DNA of 64,000 bases from the NCBI GenBank assembly GCA_043228905.1, contig JBHGNT010000017.1, positions 2,480,001-2,544,000 on the forward strand, read 5' to 3'. Of the stretch, positions 1-11,482 are shown in pieces. The stretch's first letter is position 1. Each line of letters starts with the position of its first letter. Origin of the DNA: Azolla caroliniana. Taxonomy: Eukaryota > Plantae > Polypodiophyta. The position numbers and the translations under genes are program-made. The notes below the pieces were generated by a model. It had not been told where the DNA came from, searched no databases, and worked only from the letters and a program-made list of their open reading frames with translations.

Positions 1-917
1 TGTTGTAGAATACTTAGCAAACAATACGTGTAGAATACATATTTTATAGTTAAATTGCATTAAATACTCAAAATACGTTGTCGCGGATTTACACGAGTGT
101 GTGCGAAACAAAGGCGGGACCATAGAGGCCTCGGCCCAAGGAGCACAAGAAGAGAAATAAGAGGAACGACACATGATTATCAACAAGACGGGTACCAACG
201 ATTAATTAGGGAAACAGAGTAATTACAACCGGCTTAATCGGGGCTAAGCTACGAGCTCAGCGAACAATGCACACACCCACACACCAAGATACTACAAGGT
301 TCCTCTGACAGAAGCAAGCGGCTTCATACGCAAGCAGACGAGTCTATGCTAACAAGACGAAGCAGGAGGTAGAGAGTGTGTGCTCGGTTCCCAGTCCAAT
401 AGCACTTCGTTCTCCCTAAACGTGTGATCTCTAACTCAGTCCTCTCTCCCTCCTTTTATAGATCAAAGAGAGAGAGGGTTGTTACATCAAGTAGTTAATC
501 TCTGTCATTTCGGATAGAGATTTGCCTAGATTTATTCATGTATTTCGGGCATCCGTGCTCGCGGCCATTCACGCGCCTTCAGTCCCTTTCCTCCTTGTAG
601 CCAGATTTCTCCACGACAACGTGTAGGATACATATTTTATAGTTAAAATGCGTTAAATACTCAAAATACGTGTAGAATACTAAAAATATGTAGAATACTT
701 GTAAAATACATAAAATACTTCTCCAATTTCAAAGTTTTTTTTCAAAAAAATAGAATTAAAAAAAATTTAAAACTTTTTTGAAATGATAAATACTTGTTAA
801 ATAGTAGAATACATGAAAATTTGAAAAATGGCAGTTCTAAAACGTAAAATACGTGTAGAATACTTTTGTAAGTTTAGAGTATTCTAAACGTGGAATACAC
901 GTGTTTTAACAACTATG
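1..917. mobile_element. End of a non-autonomous DNA transposon (hAT-like) with (G)TAGAATAC subterminal repeats, interrupted by a solo LTR
   Basis: Many copies of tagaatac/aaatac at 1-78 and 619-900. The tract ends GTTTTAACAACTATG at 917 (reverse complement CATAGTTGTTAAAAC), which resembles a TIR. A shorter homologous tract lies at ~12640-12785. The other end is outside the window, so no TSD can be tested. Confidence 0.4.
79..618 (-). mobile_element. Solo LTR (540 bp) with 4-bp TSD ACGT
   Basis: Starts TGTCGCGGA and ends TCCACGACA (TG...CA, 8/9 terminal inverted repeat). Flanked by acgt (75-78) and acgt (619-622). Removing it restores the host motif aatacgtgtag. Minus-strand TATA box CTATAAAAGGAG at ~450-461. 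Confidence 0.8.
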
Positions 918-2527
918 CTCAATCCAGTGACTCATAAAACAAAGTAAAATTCATACCAGTTCATGATCCTCTACCACAATAAACAAATAACAAAATTGTA
1001 CTTCATTATCCTTTACCAAAATATTAGCAATGTTAGACTGAACGGTTTTGTATGGGGAGATGACAAACTAGTAGATTAAAACAAGGCTACCAAGGTTTAC
1101 AACCCTATTTTATTGTGCATAGATTGTGTTACATGGACATTATCTGTAGATTTTCCACGAAGATTGTTGTCAACCACCCAAGAGTAGAGACTTTACATAT
1201 GCAGCCCAAGTCTGTATCCTTCATAAGGGACAAAGAAACACCGCATTGTACCTTGGGCAGTCTGTATCAACTTTTGTATCATGCCATCCTTCACAATTTT
1301 AGAAGTTCCACAGCATAGTAGTTTATCATACAGCTCAAATGGTTGATAGTTGGCTTCATGACAGTTTTACAAAAAATTTAACGAACATAGCATTTTATAT
1401 CAACTCTTTCAAAAGACAGGATAATTAAAGTTGTGAATTATACAAGGCATCCATGTGCTTTGGCTCTTGTCTTCTCCTTCTACTTTCACTCATCCACCCA
1501 AATCTATACCAAAATATAGAAGCCCCAAACCCTATGTGTAGTTCTCATACATTTTGCAGCAATGTAGATGCCATATGCACCATGGAAAAAACTCACCACC
1601 CAAAAGAAGGATATATTTCATCAGAGTTCACACAAGTTAACCAGGCCCAACCTTGGGGATATCATAATGCTCACTTAAATTTGCAAGATACTGGTAGAAA
1701 TCTTCAGTCCGATTCCTATGCAATTTCATAGCTACTCTTTTCAGGCGTTGTGCATCGAGCTCTAATTTCTGTTGATGGTAACTTTTCTCTGCCGCAATAC
1801 GATGGTCCTAGTAGGGAGGTTCTTCATCACCGACATGTCGCCCCTTCTCTGGCTCATCTATCATGGATTCTCTCTCATTCTCAGCGATAGGAGAGTGCGC
1901 CTCCTCGCGCGTCGTCATTGTCAGCTGCTATAGGTAATGTCTTTCTCTCTTCTTTTTCTTTTTTATATTCCCTAACTGAACATCTAATCCCTTCCCTTTC
2001 AGCTTAAGCTTGCCTCCAACCACATTTTGATATGACATTGCCTGCAAAAGACTGAAAACACAAGATCCCAAAATACATTAGCAATATATGCGCGTAAATG
2101 TGATTGCCCAAGCATTTCAAACATTATGAAGAAGTTTCCGACGTTATTTTTTTAGTTAGAGAGCCAAGTCAGATTTGGCTAGCTTGCAGCAGCAATTTTT
2201 GAGAAGGTGGGAAGTACAAAGCCAAGTGAGACAAGCAGAAATATGGACCGACACAAGGAAATCGCAAGTCAATCCAAGCTAAAGTATGTTAGAAGCAAAC
2301 GTAAAAAACCATGGAAAAAGAAGGTAAAGGCAAGATTCAACATGAAGTCATCACAACAGTCTGTCTGCATTGTATCCTCACAATATGAGTACCAATGATT
2401 GAAACAAAGAAAGAAGAATATCAATTTCTTCTGGACTATGCGCAGAAACTACCTTCATTTATTTGCAGACATCCATGATGTACAAAATCCTCCCTCTCTC
2501 TCTCTCTCTCTCTCTAGTGTTTAGGGT
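805..2527. repeat. Segmental duplicate of ~12675-14414 (FAM32A-like gene with 3' flank and part of the 5' intron)
   Basis: Colinear same-orientation similarity from tagaatacatgaaaatttgaaaaatggcagttc to (ct)n-agtgtttagggt in both places. Confidence 0.9.
1637..2038 (-). pseudogene. FAM32A/DUF1754-like pseudogene
   Basis: Hand translation gives MSYQNVVGGKLKLKGKGLDVQLGNIKKKKKRERHYL*QL...EEPPY*DH...LSEHYDIPKVGPG*. It has the same length as the copy at 13496-13897 but carries in-frame TAG stops at 1928-1930 and 1808-1810. Confidence 0.92.
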
Positions 2528-3199
2528 GTTGACCTCTCCACAAACAATCCACAAGGCTGTTGACGATCATGCCCTCTCCTTAAAAGGGACAACCATAAAA
2601 AACAATGTAAATAAGTAAATATAAAATAAAAATAAAAGCAATGGCCTAATGGTTAAGTGTATTGGATTGTGTGAGGAAAGTTCTAGGGCCTCAATCCTAG
2701 CACATGTGTGTATTGGCTAATGGTTAGGAGCATTGTTGGGCAAAGTCCCATAAACAATATAATTGTTGCAATTACGTTGTGACTTTTGCTAGCCAATGTG
2801 GAGGACAATCGTAAGTGATTTTAGCCATAATTTCCAAGAAAACGGAATCTAGGCTGCTCATATTTTCCGAATCGGTTATTTATGCAAGTTAAAGAAAAGG
2901 GGTAAAAAATAGCAATTTTTTTATATTTCCTTGCCCAACTATTTTCTCTTTTTTCTTCCTCTTTTCCTTGTTTTGCTCACTACTCACTACAATGCTCACC
3001 ATTAGAATTACCTATCTGTCGAGATTTCCTTCTACTCATTGCTCATTGATCATTGATTGCTTGTGCTTTGCGAGACTTCAAGCCTTGAAACTCAACGATT
3101 GCCTATTATGTGTGACGTTGTTCATTGATCATTGATTGTTGAGGAAATTTGTGTGCCTGGGTGAAACTGTCTAAACAAGGAGAGTGTAAATAACAGGAA

Positions 3200-4620
3200 G
3201 AAAGTGAAGAGTGGGAAGTCAAACCAATAGTCGAGCCGAAGTATTTTGGTAGCTTCCAACCCTACACATGTAACTTTCTCGCCAACATTGAGAATCACGT
3301 CCCTTTGTCTATTGCTTGTAATATCAACATAACTCAATTTGGAAGTGCATCATGTAGATATCGAAACAACATTTCTACATGGAACAACCCAAAATGATGG
3401 AAAATGACAAGTATCCTGACTATGTATGCAAGCTACTCAAGCCATTGTATGGATTAAAACAATATCCAAGACAATGGTAGGCCAAGCTATGTCAGTTCTT
3501 GTTCAATGCCAACTTCACACGGTTTTACTCTTAAACGAACCTATATGTAAGGAAGACAAAATCAAAATTCATCATAATAGGAGTATATGTGCATGACTTG
3601 CCTATAGCATGAACTTCTGAAAAAGAGATACTAGAGGTGACCAAGGAGCTAGACCATTAGTTTCCGGTCAAACATCTTGGAGCATTGGAGCATTTTCTTG
3701 GAATACACGTAGAGAGGAATCAAAGCCTAAGGCGACTATCACTTTCCCAAGCAAAGTATGTGGACAACATCTTGAATAAATTCGACATGGTTGAATGCTC
3801 TCCTACATCCACACCACTCATTGTACCATGTAAGCTATCATTTCGAGGCTATCCTCAGAATGATGAAGAAGCATGTATTATGAAGAATATTCCATATCAC
3901 CGAGTATTAGCGAGCCTCCGATACTTGTGGGTTGCACAAGACCAAATTTGTCATTTTGAACTGGTTTTCTCTCAAGATTCATGAATTCAAAAACCAAGTC
4001 TTAATCATTAGGTTGCACTCAAATGCGTACTACAGTACTTTAAGTAAACTCAAAATATGGCACTCATTTATCAGGCATTCTTTGGGGAAGACAACTCTAG
4101 AATACAAGCATGGCTATCAACACCACTTCAAGGATGGGCTGATGCAAAATGGGGAGGAGATGTTGATTCTTCTCGCTCCACATCAGGTTTTTTGTTTACT
4201 TTTGCCGTAGGGTCAATCGCGTGGTTTAAGAAAAAGCAAGCCATTGTCGCCCTCCCCTCTTTTGAAGCTGAATATATCACATCTAGGCTTATAGCTAAAG
4301 GACTTTGGCTTTGATCAATGATCCAAGAATTAGATATTCTACAAATTTCCAAATTTAGGCTATGGTGTGATAATCAATCATGTGTCAATATCACCAAGAA
4401 CCCAAAAATCACCGACCAAAATAAACATATTCGGGTTTGATTTCACTTAATAACAAAACTTGTTGAATAACATAACCTTGACATCAACTATACCCCTACT
4501 CAAGATATGTGGACCAATTTCTTAACGAAGCCAGTTCTAAGTAATAAACATTGGAATTGCAACAAAAGTATTAGGTTGAGTCTCTCTCATTATCCTATAG
4601 GACATACAGTTAAGGGGGGT
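3200..4620 (+). mobile_element. Decayed Ty1/Copia RT-RNase H remnant ending in a polypurine tract
   Basis: Fragments DIETTFLHG, KLLKPLYGLKQ, HFLGIHVER...LSQAKYV, GWADAKWGGDVDSSRSTSGFLF...KKQAIVALPSFEAEY and LWCDNQS are typical of Copia RT/RNase H. There are many stops and frameshifts. PPT AGTTAAGGGGGG at ~4608-4619 is followed by a decayed 3' LTR start (TATTGAAA). Confidence 0.9.
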
Positions 4621-4736
4621 ATTGAAAATAACTCTAATTTTAAATAAAGACTATTACAATTGCAACAATCACATTATCTAAAAATATGATTGACTGTTAC
4701 AATTGCAACAATCACATTTCAGATGTATTTAAATTA

Positions 4737-5049
4737 GGGAAAAGTACCAGGATACCCCTGGAAGTTCATCTATTTACCAGAATGCCCCTAGAAGTTCCAA
4801 ATTTACCAAACTACCCCTATGTCCAAAAAATTACACTTTATAAAGTAATTATACACTCAAATCTTTGGTAAATAGGGCTAGTTCAGGTCCATTTCTTCCA
4901 TCTTTGGTAAATAGGGCTTGTAAATTTGAGTGTATAATTACTTTATAAAGTGTAATTTTTTGGACATGGGGGTAGTTTGGTAAATTTGGAACTTCTAGGG
5001 GCATTCTAGTAAATAGACGAACTTCCAAGGGTATCTTGGTACTTTTCCC
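4737..5049. mobile_element. Mutator-type foldback MITE, copy 1
   Basis: GGGAAAAGTACC...GGTACTTTTCCC with arms of well over 100 bp. The 9-bp TSD TTTAAATTA is at 4728-4736 and 5050-5058. Confidence 0.9.
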
Positions 5050-5266
5050 TTTAAATTACTATAGTACCACATATTTGTGTATGAACACATCTAAGAATAC
5101 ATGTACAAGTTCATGTGTTAATTCCAATATCTATTTTGTAATCTCTTACCTCTTACCTTTGTCTTCATGTCCTTGCTAGAATGCTTTTGGCAATGTAGTT
5201 GTTTTTTTGTCTATGGCATTAGTAATAAATATGTAATTACTTCTTCATTTGAATTTACGAATAGTT

Positions 5267-5727
5267 TGGATCTTGATTGTTACGTGGAATAGTCACAATT
5301 AATGGTCATTACTCGGTTACATTTCATTTGGCATATTCACGTGAAGAGTAGAATCATATTTTTGGTTCTAATAACATGAGAGGGTACCGTGTTGAGGATT
5401 TTAATCGTAATTGTCCATGTTACAATTGTTTGATAATTTTCTCTCTTTCATCCCATGCACTAAGTGAGATAGTGCCACCCAACACAATTGTCCATCCCAT
5501 GCACTAAGTGGATCTTGATTGTTACATGGAATAGTCACAATTAATGGTTATTATTCGGTTACATTTCATTTGGCAGATCCACGTGCAAGGTAGAATCATA
5601 TTTTTGGTTCTAATTACATGAGAGGATACCATGTTGAGGATTTTAATCGTAATTGTCCATGTTACAATTGTTTGATAATTTTCTCTCTTTCATCCCATGC
5701 ACTAAGTGAGATAGTGCCACTCAACAC
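5267..5727. repeat. Tandem duplication, ~242-bp period, 2 copies
   Basis: tggatcttgattgttac...gagatagtgccac starts at both 5267 and 5509. Confidence 0.9.
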
Positions 5728-8624
5728 TTCCACTCCATAAAGCAACACTTAAACCACTGACGTTCCATAACATTAATCTCACTTTCCATAGTTAAATATC
5801 ACTTTAGTTTCATCTCAATTGTATAATTACTATTCCAACCTACTTGAAGCCTAGACGTGTAGCACACATTCCACCTACCTGTCAATGAGACATAATATTA
5901 AGATATTTGAGGCTTGGTGCCATTTGGATTGGTTCTCCTTTGTATATAAAAGTGGGGTAGTTTCTTGGTTTTATTGCCATCAATTTGGTTGTTCGCCTTC
6001 ATGATTGACAAAATGCTCTTGTGCCAAAAGTTCTCGATGTCACCATCATTTGGGGAAATTGTGATGTGCCCTCTATTGAATTCGTTACAAATTTGGTTTA
6101 GTGCTACCAATTTTAAACGAATTAAATGCTAAATATTACTTATGACCCATTGTTATAGCCTATGACTAACCCTAAGGCGGAACTAGCAAATTTGGAAGAT
6201 GGAAGCCAGATGGGTATCATCTTGACTTGATGTTTAAAGACAATTGATTGTGCACATGGGCCAGACAAGAAGTTGTCTTGCATTGTTGAGGGTGGTGAAG
6301 AAACAATCCAAAAAAAATGCAATGAATGACTAGCCTTGTGAGACAAACTTAAACATTAGACAAGAAGAGAGCATGCAATTATAAAAGTTTCCCAAACCTA
6401 AATCAATTATGGTAATGGTTGTGTACAAATATAATTATTTCTTCAAATGTAGAGGCTATGGATAACAAAAACTCCAAATAGTAAATAGGGAGGAATTCCT
6501 TATGATACTCTTTTTTGTAAAATGTGTAAATGCTCAAGTCGTAGAGTTTTGGAGTGAAAAAAACACTTGCAAAAAGGTTGGGTTGTATGGTACTATAATT
6601 ATTGTCGTGTTGTCTGGTGTGAAAAAGGGGGAAAGGTTTTAAGGTCACAGTAGTACATAGATAGAGATATATATATATATACCTCGAGTCTTTGAAATCA
6701 ATCAGTCAAAAGTCTTTCTTTTTGAAGGACAAATATGAGAAGCTCCGGTCTTTGAAAACCCTTCATTTTGTAAGAAAATTTATGCATTCCAATTTAAACT
6801 TGTCTAGGAAGAGGTTACAATGTGTGTGCACATGGAAAATACCGTGTCTAGTTGGATAGATCCGACCAAGTTGGTCCCATTTTTACGGAAAAAACTTCAC
6901 CGCCACACGCTCTGTATTCTCTGGTGCTATGGGTCCGCATTAGTGGCCCATAGCTAGCCATCGCCATGCCCAGAAAATGTAAATAATGCATGACCTGAAC
7001 AAAGCGATGGGTAGTGTAGAGCTGCTACATAACTCATTGTTTGCCTAGCTACCCACAATTCTCTTTACACATCTAGCATGTCGATGGAGTGATCATGGGT
7101 GTATGTATAGAAATGCCACATTATGCCTCCTACATATAATGTGCCTACATTACAATCCATGACTCTGTCTATATATATATATATATATTCTTTCTCTATG
7201 TACCTATCATTTCTCCCTTCTGTATATATCCATGAATCCTCTAGAGTCTACCCCATCTGTTTGTTATTCACATCACATATATCTACTCCTATTACACTCA
7301 TCTTTACCTTTGCCACACCACACGTCCCATCATGTTTCTCTCATTGCACACCATCTATGATATGTTGCTATAAGAAGCACAACTAAAGGAGTCAAAAAGT
7401 CAGTGGGACCTACACGCTATTTTGAATAGGTTCTAGTACCATTTACTAGCGAAGAAAGTCAGTATTGTACAATTTACTGTACAATATATCATTATTGTAT
7501 ATGTATGTGTATATATGCTTTGTGTGTGCGCGCATTCAATTAACTTATGTGTCTAACCCAAAATCCTACATATCTATGTGTAGGTTGTGCAATCAAGAAA
7601 ATCGAGTTCTCACGTGAAGAACCTGTGGTCAGTTTATACGATGGCATGAATCAATGATACTTACCAACATGTAAAATCATTAAGTTTTAGTAGGTGCCAG
7701 TAAGTGATGCGTTTCCTTTTTCCAATGCCTTTTAGGAAAATATGGCATATTGCTATGGTAATTGTTTGTTGTAGTGAATTATTGAAAATTTGAGCAAATG
7801 ATTGGGAATTCATATTATATGATATTCACAATTATTGTATTCTAGATTGTCAAATTATATGCCCAACAAGAAAAGTAAAGAAGGAGAGTGACGAACAGCA
7901 TGTTGAAGTCCAACTTCAATAAGTTAGAGTGTGAAACTTGAGGTCAAACAGGTTTGGGAACCTCAAGCTTGAATCAATTATTTTGACTCACTTATGCAAC
8001 AATACTAAATGTTACTCATTAGCACTCATCTTAGAAGCTAGAACACCATGTATTGTTACATTTAAAGTTGAGAGTTTGGTTGCGACATTTGGGTGCTAAA
8101 TTTCATTACAATGGTCTTTTTGCATGTTAGTGGAGGGTTTTGGAGATGATTTACAAACTTCAACTACATAATTGACGGAACTTTGTATCTGAGGTATGCT
8201 GATGCTGAAAAACAAGCTTATGACAACGTTTAACACATGCATCTCGATGTTCTTGTACAAATCGCTTTATATCATGGTATTGTACGCCTATGTTGTTATT
8301 CTCAACATCCCTTTGCTTGTAATATCAGGATTCATTGCGTCATTATAGGCGATAAGGAGTGATTGTCATCGCATCCGACATTTCTAGAATAAGGATCAAT
8401 TCTGTATGCTTTAGAAGCTTGAGCAAGAATTGGCTAATCTCTGGTGGGGTCAACGGAGGAGATTACTGGAAGGCCCACACCATTTTTGTGCAACTGCTGC
8501 TGTTGGTGGTTTCCTCCGAGTCTCCACAATTTCCACCTCTTCATTCCCCTCCATCCTGTGTGGAACACTCGCCAACTAGCGCAACGCCCTTTCGACAATT
8601 CTTCCTTCTTATTCCCGTGGTGCG

Positions 8625-11363
8625 ATGCTGAACCTCCGACGCACTCTCCATCTCCTCTCAATCCTTATTATCATCATCAATTCAGCAATGGCTGCGGAGG
8701 TTGTGGCGGCGCTGACTCACTCTCCTACCTCCTCCTTCGACTTGGCTGTAGTGATAGCCCAAGCCCAAGCTCTCATAGCATTCAAGGATGCCATTGCCCA
8801 TGACCCCTTCTCTTGCCTCTCCTCCTGGACCACCACCTCCAACTCCACAGCACCGCCCTCCTACTGCCCTTCCAATGGCACTGCTGGCTGGTATGGACTG
8901 CTCTGTGACGACCGCTTCCAAATCACCTCCCTCAACCTCTCCTCCTGCAGCCTCTCTGGTTCCATCTCCCCTTCGTTGGCTCTCCTCCCTTCCCTTTCTC
9001 TTCTCGATCTCTCCCACAACTTCTTCTCAGGCCCCCTCTCTTCCTCCCTCTTCACGCAACCCAACTCCTCCCTCACGTACCTCGACCTCAGCGAAAACAA
9101 CCTCTCTGGTGACATCCCCCCTTCCCTCATCCTCAACTCCCCCAACCTCCAAACTCTACGCCTTCTGAACACTCGCCTTGGCGGAGTTGTTCCTCCAGAG
9201 ATGTGGACCCATCTACCGGCTCTTCGGCAGCTGTCTATTTCCGACTACCCCTTACTACCACTTCTCAGCATTTCGCCCACCTCTTTTTCCCCTAGTGCTA
9301 ATTTCTCTTTCTGTGCTACCATTCAGGTGTTTGTACTGGATGGCCTTGATGCTAATTTCTCAGCATCGTTTCCCTCTTCCTTGGGAGATTGCCAACAGTT
9401 GCACACCTTGACTTTGTCTACGGCGGGTCTACAAGGCTCCATACCCCCTTCCATTTGGCAGCTTCCTTACCTCCAAAAGCTGGATATCGTAGATCGTAAT
9501 TTGTTAAATACTGAGGAGATTCATCCCTACGAGCCACGCCCCTACAAGCTCCACGGGTCACTGCCATCCACTTTTGGCTTCTGTGGCGCTGCTGGATCTA
9601 CCATCGAATACATATCCATAGAGGGCATAAATCTCACTGGCCACATTCCTGCTTCTATAGGCAACTGTGCTTCTCTCCAGGCTCTGTCTCTCTCTCAAAC
9701 AAGCCTGGAAGGTCCCATCCCTTCTAGCCTCGGGAACCTCACCCAGCTGCAGACCTTGGATGTCAACAGCAACAATCTGTCAGGCCCCATTCCTTCTAGC
9801 CTCGGGAACCTCACCCAGCTGCAGACCTTGGATCTCTACAGCAACAATCTGTCAGGCCCCATCCCTTCTAGCCTCGGGGACCTCACCAAGCTACAGGAGT
9901 TGTACCTCATGAGCAACAACCTGGAAGGCCCCATCCCTTCTAGCCTCGGGAACCTCAACCAGCTATGGATCTTGGATCTCGACAGCAACAACCTGGAAGG
10001 CCCCATCCCTTCTAGCCTCGGGAACCTCACCCAGCTACGGATCTTGATTCTCAACAGCAACAACCTGGAAAGCCCCATCCCTTCTAGCCTCGGGAACCTC
10101 ACCCAGCTACGGATCTTGGACCTCCACAGCAACAACCTGACAGGGAAGATACCAGCTGCACTTGGTAGCTGCTCACAACTCTTCCAGCTTCGATTAGGGT
10201 CCAACACTCTTACGGGTTCCATCCCCAATGAGCTGGGAATGCTCAGATATCTCGAGGAACTCTCTCTATTTACAAACAGCCTAGAAGGGATTGTCCCTGT
10301 TGACGCTTTACATAATCTGACGGTTCTTCAGGTCTTGCGTCTCTTTCGAAACAATTTGACTGGGAAGATAGAGAACTTGGACCTGTCCAAGTTGCCGGAT
10401 CTCTCGAGTTTTAGTGCCTATGAAAATGCTTTAGAAGGGGAGCTACCTGCTGGTCTAACAGAGAGTAAGGAACTGGTCGTCTTTGATGTGCAGGGGAACA
10501 AATATCTCACCGGATCCTTAGGCAATACTGCTACTCCTGACATCACTGGTTTATTCAACCTAAGGGTGCTCTCGGTGAGCTACAACCAACTAAGCGGAGA
10601 CATCCCTGGTTGGGTTTGGAAGCTTCCCAGTCTACAGGCACTAGACCTCTCCAACAATCGTTTCAGTGGCCGCTTCCCTGCAACTCTCACGCACCTCTCC
10701 TACTTCAAGCTCAATCAAACAGCAGACAGTAACCAGACAACCCTCTACGAGGAGGTGCCTTTCACGCTGAAGAACTCTGTCCAAACTCTTGAGTATGTTT
10801 TGAGTGCACGAATCTACTTTGATGTGTCCATGAACGACCTGGAAGGCGAAATTCCGAAGAGCTTTGGGGAGCTGCTGGGTTTGACAGGAGCCAACCTGTC
10901 CCACAACCGAATCAGCGGCCCCATAGGTGAGGGTACATTCGGCAGGTTGATGTATTTGGAGGAGTTGGACCTGTCCTACAACCAGCTCAGCGGTGGCATC
11001 CCACAAGATCTCACGTCTTTGGACAGCCTCTCTACTCTAAACCTCGCCCACAACCAACTGGAAGGACCCATTCCCAAACAGAACAACTTTAATACTAGGT
11101 TCACCTCCGCCAGCTTCGAGAACAACCAGGGCCTGTGTGGCTACCCTCTTTCCTCCTCCTGCAACACAAGCATCGATGATGCGGGTAGTTATGTGGGCAT
11201 CACAAGCACAAGCACAAGCACCCCACGGCCGAAGCAACAATTATTATTGATTGTGATTTGGTTCCATGAGTTTGTATCTCCGTGGGCAGTTCTAGTAGGC
11301 TATCCCGCTGGGCTTGCACTGGGCATAATCCTCTGCCATATCCGCTACTCAAAATTGAAGTGA
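8625..11363 (+). CDS. Leucine-rich-repeat receptor-like protein (LRR-RLP), 912 aa, intronless
   Basis: Contains a hydrophobic signal-like N-terminus, an LRRNT cap (ALIAFK...SSW...C...WYGLLC) and many plant extracellular LxxLxLxxNxLxGxIP repeats. These are followed by an island before the last four LRRs, an SFENNQGLCGYPL cap, a GxxxG transmembrane segment (GYPAGLALG) and a very short tail. No kinase domain. Confidence 0.95.
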   Translation: MLNLRRTLHLLSILIIIINSAMAAEVVAALTHSPTSSFDLAVVIAQAQALIAFKDAIAHDPFSCLSSWTTTSNSTAPPSYCPSNGTAGWYGLLCDDRFQITSLNLSSCSLSGSISPSLALLPSLSLLDLSHNFFSGPLSSSLFTQPNSSLTYLDLSENNLSGDIPPSLILNSPNLQTLRLLNTRLGGVVPPEMWTHLPALRQLSISDYPLLPLLSISPTSFSPSANFSFCATIQVFVLDGLDANFSASFPSSLGDCQQLHTLTLSTAGLQGSIPPSIWQLPYLQKLDIVDRNLLNTEEIHPYEPRPYKLHGSLPSTFGFCGAAGSTIEYISIEGINLTGHIPASIGNCASLQALSLSQTSLEGPIPSSLGNLTQLQTLDVNSNNLSGPIPSSLGNLTQLQTLDLYSNNLSGPIPSSLGDLTKLQELYLMSNNLEGPIPSSLGNLNQLWILDLDSNNLEGPIPSSLGNLTQLRILILNSNNLESPIPSSLGNLTQLRILDLHSNNLTGKIPAALGSCSQLFQLRLGSNTLTGSIPNELGMLRYLEELSLFTNSLEGIVPVDALHNLTVLQVLRLFRNNLTGKIENLDLSKLPDLSSFSAYENALEGELPAGLTESKELVVFDVQGNKYLTGSLGNTATPDITGLFNLRVLSVSYNQLSGDIPGWVWKLPSLQALDLSNNRFSGRFPATLTHLSYFKLNQTADSNQTTLYEEVPFTLKNSVQTLEYVLSARIYFDVSMNDLEGEIPKSFGELLGLTGANLSHNRISGPIGEGTFGRLMYLEELDLSYNQLSGGIPQDLTSLDSLSTLNLAHNQLEGPIPKQNNFNTRFTSASFENNQGLCGYPLSSSCNTSIDDAGSYVGITSTSTSTPRPKQQLLLIVIWFHEFVSPWAVLVGYPAGLALGIILCHIRYSKLK
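9711..10142 (+). repeat. Six near-identical 72-nt LRR-coding units inside the RLP
   Basis: Units start at 9711, 9783, 9855, 9927, 9999 and 10071. All share ccc at(c/t) cct tct agc ctc ggg. Confidence 0.95.
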
Positions 11364-11482
11364 ATTAGTAGCTGTTGGTCAAGAGAACTGGACTGGACTG
11401 CACAGTTTTGAGGAGTGCCATCATTCATAAAAGCTAATTGAAATACTCACTAGAGGAGCACAATCTCCAACATGAGCATATC

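Noticed and set aside
1115-1731. Plus-strand ORFs of 67 and 92 aa, with counterparts near 13212-13537
   Set aside because: They are antisense to the FAM32A-like 3' end, and their frames are not preserved between the two duplicates.
2640-2735. tRNA gene candidate (TGGCCTAATGGTTAAG A-box)
   Set aside because: The B box is degenerate and no cloverleaf forms. At most a SINE-head relic.
9711-10142. CRISPR-like array or DGR-like adenine mutagenesis (aac to tac/gac/cac at one codon)
   Set aside because: The units are in-frame LRR codons with no spacers. Neighbouring AAC codons are invariant, non-A positions also vary, and there is no template repeat or intact RT. Selection explains the pattern.
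8359-11240. Numerous overlapping and antisense ORFs across the RLP
   Set aside because: These are shadows of the C-rich, repetitive coding strand and have no independent motifs.
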